Shown one piece after another: positions 1 through 8,296 of a stretch of DNA of 64,000 nucleotides. This DNA is from a virus. Its lineage: Duplodnaviria; Caudoviricetes. Position 1 is the first letter of the stretch. The number at the start of each line of letters is the position of its first letter. Location of the stretch: the IMG/VR virus record IMGVR_UViG_2061766007_000959; one strand, given 5' to 3'. A program made the position numbers and the translations under genes. The notes under the pieces were generated by a model that saw only the letters and a program-made list of their open reading frames with translations, had not been told where the DNA came from and did not search any database.

Positions 1-1008
1 GGTGACGGCAAGACATTGCTCGAAAGTTTGGGTTCGGCGTTAGAGGCGTTCGCGAACGGTGACACGAGCGAGTTGCAGGCGTTGGCTGACCTGTCCGTTG
101 ACGACATAAACCCTGAAGAGGAATCAATAGACGAGGACTTTGAGGGTAACGAACTCGGTGACGAGGAACTTGATATTGAGGGTGACGGTTTGGAAACGGA
201 CATCGAGACAGAGAGCGGCAAGGGTGACGAACTCGGTGACGAGGACGACGAGGAATCTGAGGACGAGGACGAGGATGAAGACGACGAGGACAAAAAGGTT
301 GACAAGATAAAACTGAACCTGCACGATTCAGCCGTTATGTTGGCAAAATGGTTGGTCGCAAAGGACAAACGCGCCAACAAGATTATCGACGCCCTGAAAG
401 ACGAGTTGCCGATACTGAAAAAGTACAATTTCAAAATATCCGATTCAGAGTTGATTGAAGAGGAATTTGAACCTGTCGAGGTTATCGAGCCTTTGCTGAA
501 CCGCGAGGAATTTCACTCAGTGTATCAGACACCGCCGTACGTCGGCGAAATGGCTAAGGAATCGAACCCCGTAGAGTGTCTGTCCGCGACAGCCGTGAAC
601 TACGGCGACCTGTCGCCTGTCATTCAGGTTGAGTGCGAGAACGGAACGGTTCAGAATTGGATTCCGATTATGGGTTCGAGCGAGAATATCGCGGAACAGT
701 TGAACGTTGAGGGCGCGAATGTTGAAAAGATTATTTCCGACAACTGTGTTCCTGCGGAGGACTACTATTCAGCGGCGGCTAAGACGAACAACTTGGGTAT
801 TATAGACAGTAAGTTCTACAAACGCAAGTTGAGTGACGAGTGTTGGGTCTGCGACGACGTTCCTGAGTTCATAAAGGACGAGGGTGTCGAGGGCGGCGCG
901 ATGTTCGCACAAGAGGGACTGACGACTATGCCGAAAGTCGTACCGTCAGGCTCGGTTCTTATTTACGGAACGAAATACAACTATTACAATAAATCTAAAA
1001 AACAATAA
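1..1008 (+). CDS. 5'-truncated acidic phage protein, possible virion/head protein
   Basis: Frame is open from position 1; long D/E tract; carries LHDS, KISDS and IISDN copies of the recurrent xxD linker motif. Confidence 0.6.
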   Translation, partial: GDGKTLLESLGSALEAFANGDTSELQALADLSVDDINPEEESIDEDFEGNELGDEELDIEGDGLETDIETESGKGDELGDEDDEESEDEDEDEDDEDKKVDKIKLNLHDSAVMLAKWLVAKDKRANKIIDALKDELPILKKYNFKISDSELIEEEFEPVEVIEPLLNREEFHSVYQTPPYVGEMAKESNPVECLSATAVNYGDLSPVIQVECENGTVQNWIPIMGSSENIAEQLNVEGANVEKIISDNCVPAEDYYSAAAKTNNLGIIDSKFYKRKLSDECWVCDDVPEFIKDEGVEGGAMFAQEGLTTMPKVVPSGSVLIYGTKYNYYNKSKKQ

Positions 1009-1012
1009 GGAT

Positions 1013-1579
1013 ATGAAAACAGTTGAAATTTATTCGTTCGACGAATTGGACGAGGCAACACAGAAAAAAGTTATTCAAAGATATTACGGTGACGTTTCTG
1101 AGGCTTTGGGTGATTTTATAAATGACGATTTTCTTGGCACGTCAAAGGCAATATGTGAACAGTTGGGACTAAAAACAATTCGCGGAAGTTACGCACAGTT
1201 TGAATTGAGTGACCCATCAGCGTATGAATATGTATATTTAAAAACGGACAACAGGGACGAAGACGGTTACGACATATATAATGACGACAGTTACGAATCA
1301 GTTGTTGCGTGGTTGAATGACAAAAAACAGGGTTTCAAATACCAAGACGATTTGTATTTCACGGGTGCTTACAGTGACGGTGCGGTTTGCGATTATATCA
1401 ACAAGGTTTTGAGCGGCGAAGAGCAACCTCAGGATATTGACGAGTTCCTTTCAAAACTAAGCCGTATCTTTGACCGTGCTTGGGAGGACGAGTTTACTTA
1501 CGGTTTTGACGACGACACAATTGCTGAAACAATAATCGCTAACGATTGGGAATTTACAGCAGACGGCAAACGGGTTTAA
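1013..1579 (+). CDS. Conserved phage/mobile-element protein (YSFDEL...ETIIANDWEFTADG family)
   Basis: Terminal motifs IYSFDELDEATQKKVI and ETIIANDWEFTADGK recall a widespread family of uncertain function. Confidence 0.6.
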   Translation: MKTVEIYSFDELDEATQKKVIQRYYGDVSEALGDFINDDFLGTSKAICEQLGLKTIRGSYAQFELSDPSAYEYVYLKTDNRDEDGYDIYNDDSYESVVAWLNDKKQGFKYQDDLYFTGAYSDGAVCDYINKVLSGEEQPQDIDEFLSKLSRIFDRAWEDEFTYGFDDDTIAETIIANDWEFTADGKRV

Positions 1580-1635
1580 TAAATAACGCCTTTTATGATT
1601 ACAAAGGTTTACTAACAATTTAAAACAGTAAAGAT

Positions 1636-1770
1636 ATGAATAAGGAAAAGTTTTTAAAGGAACTGAAAAGAACCCGAAGTCAGGCGGAATCACTGATGTA
1701 TTCTCTGCATTATCTGTTAGAGGAAACAGTCTATGACGCAAGAGACTATATTGAAAACTTAGAGTATTAA
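1636..1770 (+). CDS. Small 44-aa ORF (MNKEKFLKEL...YIENLEY), not in the ORF track
   Basis: Translated by eye; A-rich start context; C-terminus resembles the end of 48913..50568 (YINSLEY). Confidence 0.5.
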   Translation: MNKEKFLKELKRTRSQAESLMYSLHYLLEETVYDARDYIENLEY

Positions 1771-1813
1771 AACGCCTTTTCAAATTCATAATAAATATTT
1801 TATTTGTGTGGTG

Positions 1814-1846
1814 GTGCGGATTCAGTAATGTTTCCGCACTTTTTTT
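1814..1846 (+). terminator. Intrinsic terminator
   Basis: gtgcgga...tccgcac stem followed by a T run. Confidence 0.6.
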
Positions 1847-1877
1847 ATACATTTTTTTATAACAAAGTATTGTTATA

Positions 1878-1900
1878 TTAAAATTATTTATATATTTGCA
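1878..1900 (+). promoter_or_regulatory. Bacteroidota-type promoter, AT-rich class (TTRAAATTATTTATATATTTGC)
   Basis: TAnnTTTG -7 box; near-identical copies at about 3408, 30812, 40398, 41428, 44314 and 62435. Confidence 0.7.
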
Positions 1901-1947
1901 ACGTCGGAACGATAGTGTTACCGACGGAACTTTAAACAATTATAACT

Positions 1948-2187
1948 ATGGCAAGACGAGTAGAAATAGTAAAAGCGGCTCATAAGTATTGTGACCCGAC
2001 AAGTGAACCGCAACCAAGTGCTAATTTAGCATTTATAGTAGGTGCGGAATGGGCTGATGAACATCCTTCGTGGAAACCAACAGACGAGCAGTTGAACGCA
2101 TTGCGTCGTGTTTCTAATGGTTGGAGATATAGTCGGCAACTAAAGGAAGAGTTAGCCGCACTCTATGAACAACTTAAAAATCTTTGA
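1948..2187 (+). CDS. Small phage protein, GA(E/K)WADEH family
   Basis: GAEWADEHP; paralogs at 31325 and 31561. Confidence 0.7.
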   Translation: MARRVEIVKAAHKYCDPTSEPQPSANLAFIVGAEWADEHPSWKPTDEQLNALRRVSNGWRYSRQLKEELAALYEQLKNL

Positions 2188-2190
2188 GTT

Positions 2191-2403
2191 ATGCAATTAC
2201 AAGTTGGAGATATATTTCAGCAGGCGTGGCGTGGCTGTCAAAGACCGATGTGGTTCAAAGTTCTTTTCATCTGCCGTGAAAAGAACACGGTTAAAGTTGA
2301 GTGCCACAGTATTGAGGGCTATGTCCACATTGAAGAATGGGATGACCTTGATTTAACCGAGTCCGCATTTGAAATTGGCGAATATAAAATGATTGAATTA
2401 TGA
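2191..2403 (+). CDS. Hypothetical protein
   Basis: Tightly packed + strand ORF. Confidence 0.55.
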   Translation: MQLQVGDIFQQAWRGCQRPMWFKVLFICREKNTVKVECHSIEGYVHIEEWDDLDLTESAFEIGEYKMIEL

Positions 2404-2606
2404 AAACACATTTATTAAAAAGAATTATTGATAAAAATGAAATGTGGCTTGATTTATGGCAAAAACATTCATTTGACCTGCTACCGAAAATAACAATCAA
2501 TATCATCAATAGAAAATTGAGCGAGTTATATATAGGTTGGTTATTTTGGGAGATAAGATATAATATGTCACAAGAAATTGGTAATACTTGTTTTAAAAGA
2601 AAATAA
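2400..2606 (+). CDS. Hypothetical protein
   Basis: ATGA overlap; MKTHLLKR start resembles 42467 (MKTRLLKR). Confidence 0.55.
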   Translation: MKTHLLKRIIDKNEMWLDLWQKHSFDLLPKITINIINRKLSELYIGWLFWEIRYNMSQEIGNTCFKRK

Positions 2607-2609
2607 GTT

Positions 2610-3266
2610 ATGGAAACACACATAGTAAAGTATAAGTTTTTGCATTGCAACAAGCAAAAAAAAATTATAGAACAGATGTATGGCAATGAATTTGACAACT
2701 TTGTATGTAATCGTGAAAAATATTTAGCGTTTTTGGACAAGGTTGTTGCTGACAATAGAGTAGAGGAATTAAATAATATTTTAGGAAATAATGATATGAA
2801 TTGCAAGTATTACCACAATGGCTATCAAGGAGACAAGGTTGTTTCCGACAATAGAGTAGAAGAATTAAATAATATTTTAAAGTGTAACGAACATACAATT
2901 ATGACAACAACAAAACTAAAAAACGGCATTCCCACATTGGAAATCGGGGTGTTGTACGAAACAACGACAAATGTTGATACCGAAACCGTCAATTGGATTG
3001 GCGAACGGGTGTTCGAGAAAATGGAAAACAACGTGTATTTTGAGAATTTATCGAAATACAACGATGACATTTCACAATTTTACATTCCTGCTTTGAAACA
3101 GGATTACAATATCGCGTTGGCGCGGTTCAAACGCCATTATCCGACGGCGGAGTTTAAATCGTGTTTAATTTTGTTCCAACGTGACGTTGACGGCGGCATA
3201 TTGTCGAAACATATAATTTTCGCGACCGACGACGATTTTTACGATTATTTGGGAATCAAAAAATAA
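2610..3266 (+). CDS. Hypothetical protein with internal duplication
   Basis: DKVV(A/S)DNRVEELNNIL present twice. Confidence 0.6.
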   Translation: METHIVKYKFLHCNKQKKIIEQMYGNEFDNFVCNREKYLAFLDKVVADNRVEELNNILGNNDMNCKYYHNGYQGDKVVSDNRVEELNNILKCNEHTIMTTTKLKNGIPTLEIGVLYETTTNVDTETVNWIGERVFEKMENNVYFENLSKYNDDISQFYIPALKQDYNIALARFKRHYPTAEFKSCLILFQRDVDGGILSKHIIFATDDDFYDYLGIKK

Positions 3267-3463
3267 AACGGTTATGTGCATACTGTCATTATTTCGGAAA
3301 ATCGGAAACCGTTGAACAACCTTGAAAAGTGTAACGATTAAAACACAATAACGATGACAACGGGTTTGTTAAAAAAATATCTTTTATGTAACAAGTATTG
3401 TATTATTAAAATTATTTATATATTTGCCACGTCAATAGTGACAGGATTTTAAAAAATGGTAAT

Positions 3464-3733
3464 ATGGAAACAAAATTTTCAATCGGACAAGAGGTTTGGT
3501 TTATGAGCAACAACAGACCAACGTGTATGCAAGTTTGCAAAATTGACATTAAAAGCGAACCGACAAAGTACAACCACAACGAGGGCAAAAATTATGGCGA
3601 TGTATTGGAGTGGGCAAAGCCAACAATTCATTATGACTTTTGGGATTGTGATTCGCCATATTTAAAAGAACTATGCGAGAGCGAAGTTTTTGCCACAAAA
3701 GAAGAATTGAGAAAAGCCGTTTTCGGTGAATAA
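3464..3733 (+). CDS. Small phage protein, ETK(F/Y)xIGxEV family
   Basis: Paralog at 43258; follows a promoter. Confidence 0.7.
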   Translation: METKFSIGQEVWFMSNNRPTCMQVCKIDIKSEPTKYNHNEGKNYGDVLEWAKPTIHYDFWDCDSPYLKELCESEVFATKEELRKAVFGE

Positions 3734-3758
3734 CAAAAACATTTAAACAATTACTACT

Positions 3759-3977
3759 ATGACAAAGACAGAAGCAAAACGATACGCGCTTGAAATGATT
3801 GGCAACAATGCTGAAATTATAATAGCAGAGTATGAGTATTTAAGTTATGACGATGGTAGCAGAATGTCTTACGAAGACCAAGACAAGGTTATTGCGGCAT
3901 TGGACGAGATATGTGACAAATGTCTTAAACAGGCGGATAAGATAAAATACAAACTATTAAAGAAAATACAGAAATGA
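3759..3977 (+). CDS. Hypothetical protein
   Basis: A-rich start context; operon packing. Confidence 0.6.
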   Translation: MTKTEAKRYALEMIGNNAEIIIAEYEYLSYDDGSRMSYEDQDKVIAALDEICDKCLKQADKIKYKLLKKIQK

Positions 3978-4378
3978 AATTCAAAGTAGGTAACACGATT
4001 AGGAGTAAGATAACGGGTCGGGAATACACAATCGGCGAGGTTTCCGACGTGATGTATTGGTTTGTCGGTCACGGCGGCGTACCTGTTGAAGACGCCGATT
4101 CGTCATACGAATTAGTCGAACAACCCAAATTTCACTTACCCGCGCTTGAACATGATTTCGGTTTGTCGGATTATAAGAAAATGTGGGACGAACATGTCTT
4201 ACGAGTGATAACCGAAATCACGAAGAAAAACACTGAAACGTTTGTCGGAATAATTGACAACATGTTGCGTTACATGGATTGTGACGGGGTTCGGGACGAT
4301 GTTCGTTTGGGGTACAGACAGTTCGCGTACGAATTGAAAAAACAAGTGCAACAATATTACAACGGATTAAAACTATGA
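3974..4378 (+). CDS. Hypothetical protein (KFKVG N-terminal SH3-like motif)
   Basis: ATGA overlap; MKFKVGNTI motif. Confidence 0.6.
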   Translation: MKFKVGNTIRSKITGREYTIGEVSDVMYWFVGHGGVPVEDADSSYELVEQPKFHLPALEHDFGLSDYKKMWDEHVLRVITEITKKNTETFVGIIDNMLRYMDCDGVRDDVRLGYRQFAYELKKQVQQYYNGLKL

Positions 4379-4764
4379 CACAGGAAGAACAACAACGATT
4401 CGTGAATGACCTTTCGGCACGCGTGCCATACGGATTGCAGGTTCAGGTCAGTGGGGTGTTTTCCGAAACGGTTGAGGCACGCCTGAAATATATTGATTAC
4501 TACAACCGAGTGTATCTGTACGGATATAATTTTGGGGTTGAAATGATAAATCGGAAAACAAACGAATTACAAATCAAACCGTTTCTTCGCCCCATATCCA
4601 ACGAGGAAAAAGAAGAGGTTTGTTCGGATTTCGCCCGTTTTGGAAACACCCTTGACAATTGGGTTCAGGCGGTTAATCTTTTGAATGAAACACATTGTGA
4701 CTATAACGGTTGGATTGAGAAAGGTTTTGCGTTACCCGCACCCGATGAAATGTATAACGATTAA
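4375..4764 (+). CDS. Phage protein, IKP(F/Y)LRP family
   Basis: DLSARVPYG...IKPFLRP...WIEKGFALPAPDEMY; paralogs at 5006 and 41003. Confidence 0.7.
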   Translation: MTQEEQQRFVNDLSARVPYGLQVQVSGVFSETVEARLKYIDYYNRVYLYGYNFGVEMINRKTNELQIKPFLRPISNEEKEEVCSDFARFGNTLDNWVQAVNLLNETHCDYNGWIEKGFALPAPDEMYND

Positions 4765-4776
4765 ATAATTAAAACC

Positions 4777-5013
4777 ATGAAAGAATTTAAAATTGGCGGA
4801 CTTGAAATTTTTACGTCAAAGACAATTTTTGAAAATAAAATTCATTTTATGATGTTGCCAAGTTTGGATTTCATAAAAGAATCGATTAAAGTACGGTCTT
4901 TTGTTGATTATCCGAGCGAACATTACAAACACTATACATTAGTAAAGATAGTCGTATCTTGGTTATTTTTCTACGTAACGTTTTCGGTAAAATTTAATCA
5001 ATACTATGAATAA
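4777..5013 (+). CDS. Hypothetical protein
   Basis: Operon packing. Confidence 0.55.
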   Translation: MKEFKIGGLEIFTSKTIFENKIHFMMLPSLDFIKESIKVRSFVDYPSEHYKHYTLVKIVVSWLFFYVTFSVKFNQYYE

Positions 5014-5449
5014 ACAAGACATAGAATTATTAATGAAAGACCTTTGCGGTCGTTTGCCATATGGGGTGAAAGTACAGCCTTGCGGTTCGGCATTTCCACA
5101 TAAATTTATAGGTTATGACAAGGGTTTGGTAAGAATAGATACCGACCAAAGATATGAGTTGGAAAATATCAAACCCTACCTCCGACCGATGTCAAGTATG
5201 ACGGAGGAAGAAGCAATAGAGTTTGTCAGTTTGTATGGTGTAGAGGATTTTTTGAAAGTCAATGTAACACAAGAATGTTTTGAAATCATTATTGATGATG
5301 AATTGATACCTGTAATGAAATTGTTGTATGAAGATATTCATCTTCCTGTTGAGTGCTTTGATTTTCTTTTAAAAAATCACTTTGATTTTCGCAACCTAAT
5401 CCCTATGGGGTTAGCCTTGCCTGCACCTGACGGAATGTATAACTTTTAA
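5006..5449 (+). CDS. Phage protein, IKPYLRPMSSM family
   Basis: DLCGRLPYG, IKPYLRPMSSMTEEE, LALPAPDGMY. Confidence 0.75.
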   Translation: MNKQDIELLMKDLCGRLPYGVKVQPCGSAFPHKFIGYDKGLVRIDTDQRYELENIKPYLRPMSSMTEEEAIEFVSLYGVEDFLKVNVTQECFEIIIDDELIPVMKLLYEDIHLPVECFDFLLKNHFDFRNLIPMGLALPAPDGMYNF

Positions 5450-5461
5450 ATAATCAAAACT

Positions 5462-5821
5462 ATGACACAAATAGCAACAACAGTAGAACAGAGCAAGAAA
5501 CTCATTGAGTTAGGTATTGATGTGAATACTGCGGATATGATGTGGACTTACGATTTTACAATAGGTCGTATTAACGGACTTAATGTAATTTCAACGCAAC
5601 TTAAACCAGAAGAAAACGATATTCCTGCTTGGAGTTTGTCAGCGTTGCTTGATATTCTTCCTTTCCCGCAGTTATCCAAAGATAAACTTGGTGGTGGTAA
5701 GGTAAGATGGATGGCAAGTGTATATCCAGATAATTGCAGACATGATTCTTGTTGGCATGATAACCCTATTGATGTTGCCTTTGAAATGGTGTGTTATTTA
5801 CTTGAAAATAAACTGATTTAA
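5462..5821 (+). CDS. Phage protein, TTxEQSKxL...TADM family
   Basis: Paralog at 42791 (TTNEQSKQL, TADM, WSL). Confidence 0.7.
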   Translation: MTQIATTVEQSKKLIELGIDVNTADMMWTYDFTIGRINGLNVISTQLKPEENDIPAWSLSALLDILPFPQLSKDKLGGGKVRWMASVYPDNCRHDSCWHDNPIDVAFEMVCYLLENKLI

Positions 5822-5838
5822 TAATTAAAACTGTAAAA

Positions 5839-6063
5839 ATGAAAAATATAACAAAGGAATCTATTGAACAAGATTTGAAGGTTATACAGGATATGGTTTT
5901 CAAATATAAAGAAGCCATTTACGAGAGTCAAGAAGGACAACTTGCGCATTTTGATAATCAGTCTAAATTGTGCAGATTATGTATGGGTGACATTTGTTGT
6001 GGATTGATTATTGCAAGGGATGCGCTTAACTATTTAAGTGGAATAGAAATAATAGAAGATTAA
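5839..6063 (+). CDS. Hypothetical protein
   Basis: Operon packing. Confidence 0.55.
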   Translation: MKNITKESIEQDLKVIQDMVFKYKEAIYESQEGQLAHFDNQSKLCRLCMGDICCGLIIARDALNYLSGIEIIED

Positions 6064-6065
6064 TC

Positions 6066-6347
6066 ATGAAACATTTAATAGACAAATCCGCTTTAGTTGC
6101 GGAGATAAAGAAACTGAACCCACCATTTTATCCCACTTTGGCGGAAAAATATGCCTATCAAGATGCTATTGAAGATTGCGTTGGCGTTGTTTGTGATGTT
6201 GAAGTGAAAGATGTGGATATAAACAAGGAAATATCTCAGTTTATAGACACTAATTTTGAAAAAGCAACAATAGGTCACAAATTAAGTTTAAGACGTGTAG
6301 CAAATCATTTCTTTGAACTTGGACTTAAGGCACAGAAAGGAGAATAG
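6066..6347 (+). CDS. Phage protein, IDKxALVAEI family
   Basis: Paralog at 27136; ends KGE*. Confidence 0.7.
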   Translation: MKHLIDKSALVAEIKKLNPPFYPTLAEKYAYQDAIEDCVGVVCDVEVKDVDINKEISQFIDTNFEKATIGHKLSLRRVANHFFELGLKAQKGE

Positions 6348-6352
6348 AACTT

Positions 6353-6769
6353 ATGAAGGATGATTGTTTATCGTTTGAAGTAGCCGATTTGTCAAACGAC
6401 AAGTCGTTTGACGAATGGTGTCACGCCGCGTGGTTTTACAACCCGAAACAGGTCGGGTCGGAATCATTCGTTGAAACCGATAATAAGGTTTGTAACATCG
6501 GGTTGAAAAAAGGAAACGAACCGTTCACGCGTTGGGCGGTGTCCGCGCCGACATACCAACAGGTGTTCAGGTGGTTGCGGGAAAAACACAACATATTTAT
6601 TTCGGTTGGTTGTGACATATGCGATTCGTTTGATTTTTATTCTATGATTTATGTCAAAGGCGAAGAATCATGGAAAACCGTTGTGGATTTTGAAGATGAA
6701 GGTAGTGAATCTTTTGAACGGGCGGCGGAAAAATCGATTAAATATTGTTTAACCGTATTGATTGTGTAA
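6353..6769 (+). CDS. Phage protein, APT...WLRE family
   Basis: SAPTYQQVFRWLREKHNI; paralog at 37755. Confidence 0.7.
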   Translation: MKDDCLSFEVADLSNDKSFDEWCHAAWFYNPKQVGSESFVETDNKVCNIGLKKGNEPFTRWAVSAPTYQQVFRWLREKHNIFISVGCDICDSFDFYSMIYVKGEESWKTVVDFEDEGSESFERAAEKSIKYCLTVLIV

Positions 6770-7544
6770 TCAAAATATTGAATCATTAATAGTTGAAATT
6801 ATGGCAGGAATTGACAAAACATATTTGAAAAATTGGGAACAATTCGACGCGGCTCGCAATTGGGCGAAAGAAACGCGTATTCCGTTGAAAAACGGAAAGA
6901 CTGTGTGTATGTCCGATTTTATGTATTATCCCGACCTGACGAAACAGGAATGGGATGAAATGCACGACGAACGTATTAAATACGCGAACGAACATTACAA
7001 CACCCCCGAACACATCGCCGAAATGCGGAAATGGGAGGGTGACGATTGGACGTTCAACGCGGAAAACTATTTCGATGTTGTGTTGTGGAACACACCGACA
7101 TACGCCGACGTGTTTCTGATTCGCAACTGTCCGTTCGATTTCATACACGAACGTCTTAAAGAACAATACGGTGAAGAAGAATACGAACAAATCAAGAACG
7201 GAACATCCGTGTATGACACATACCAACGTAACGGGTTGGGCAAAAACGCACGGGTGAAATTCAGCAAACACGCGTTTTCGTACCTGCCCCGTAACAAAAA
7301 ATGTTGGTGGTGGATTGATATTATTGATTGGGGTTGGTGGTACAACGAGGATGACGATATGTGGTACAATCATTATGAGTTGATGCCGATGACCTGCAAT
7401 GTAAATGACAAAATCCACGGTGCGCTCACAAAGAAAAACATCGTGAATATGATTCGCCGATGGAATTTACCGAAAGGAATCAAGGTTCGGTTTACGTGTC
7501 GATTCAATCACGCATATTGGGAATTTACGGCGACGGTGAAATGA
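6762..7544 (+). CDS. Hypothetical Trp-rich protein (true start probably near 6801)
   Basis: Long ORF in the operon. Confidence 0.65.
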   Translation: MCNQNIESLIVEIMAGIDKTYLKNWEQFDAARNWAKETRIPLKNGKTVCMSDFMYYPDLTKQEWDEMHDERIKYANEHYNTPEHIAEMRKWEGDDWTFNAENYFDVVLWNTPTYADVFLIRNCPFDFIHERLKEQYGEEEYEQIKNGTSVYDTYQRNGLGKNARVKFSKHAFSYLPRNKKCWWWIDIIDWGWWYNEDDDMWYNHYELMPMTCNVNDKIHGALTKKNIVNMIRRWNLPKGIKVRFTCRFNHAYWEFTATVK

Positions 7545-7571
7545 TTTGTATAACAATTAAAAACAAAAATC

Positions 7572-7886
7572 ATGAATGCAAGTGAAATTTTTTGTATGGT
7601 AACCATATTGGTGTTTTTGTTATTGATTCTAATAGCCGCATTCACCAAAGAAAAAATACATTTCAATGCGAACACCAACAAAATCAAAGATGTCAAATTT
7701 GTGGTTGTAAAGATAGAACAATGTTATTCAAACGACCCAAGTGAAATACTTATCGCGAAATACACGATAGAAAACACGTTTTTCAGTAGAAACAACAGCG
7801 AGGGTTTCAAACACCAAACGTTCTGTTTTTATGACAAACGGAACAAATATAAAATTGGGGACGTACTGACATTATGTAATGAATAA
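7572..7886 (+). CDS. Membrane-anchored hypothetical protein
   Basis: N-terminal hydrophobic helix. Confidence 0.6.
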   Translation: MNASEIFCMVTILVFLLLILIAAFTKEKIHFNANTNKIKDVKFVVVKIEQCYSNDPSEILIAKYTIENTFFSRNNSEGFKHQTFCFYDKRNKYKIGDVLTLCNE

Positions 7887-7894
7887 TTTATTAC
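7876..7894 (+). promoter_or_regulatory. Palindromic operator-like site RTAAYR-N7-TATTAY overlapping a -7-like box
   Basis: gtaatg-aataatt-tattac; one of 8 copies. Confidence 0.55.
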
Positions 7895-7921
7895 ATTCGC
7901 ACCCGATAACAACAACACGAA

Positions 7922-8296
7922 ATGGATTTACACTCGTTCAAAGATTACGTCAACGGCACGTTGAACATCGATACGGAATACAGAAGGATTTTCGGTCGGG
8001 ACATCCCGTCGGGGAAATTCTTTTGCCCGTTCCACGTCAACACGAACACACCCGCCGCCAAAAGATATTTCAACGGAATCAAGTGTTTCAGTTGTAACCG
8101 TTTTTACACGGTTTACGATTTGTTGTACACATTCGACAGGAAACGATTGGATGACATAAAGGGTTCGATGGTGATAGAACCGTTGAAACAGTCCACGTTA
8201 CAACAACAGAAACGAATCAGAATCGTCGATTACGACCCGAACGGGCGGATGACCTATATATTAGACACGATATTAAAAGCGAACGAAATATGTTAG
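7922..8296 (+). CDS. Stand-alone CHC2-type zinc-finger protein (primase zinc-binding-domain-like)
   Basis: CPFHxxxxTP...CFSC motif; directly upstream of the DNA polymerase. Confidence 0.7.
   Translation: MDLHSFKDYVNGTLNIDTEYRRIFGRDIPSGKFFCPFHVNTNTPAAKRYFNGIKCFSCNRFYTVYDLLYTFDRKRLDDIKGSMVIEPLKQSTLQQQKRIRIVDYDPNGRMTYILDTILKANEIC

Noticed and set aside
2736-2880. Approximately 48-bp internal duplication in ORF 2610 as a functional repeat system
   Set aside because: Two copies only; looks like an ordinary local duplication or fusion scar
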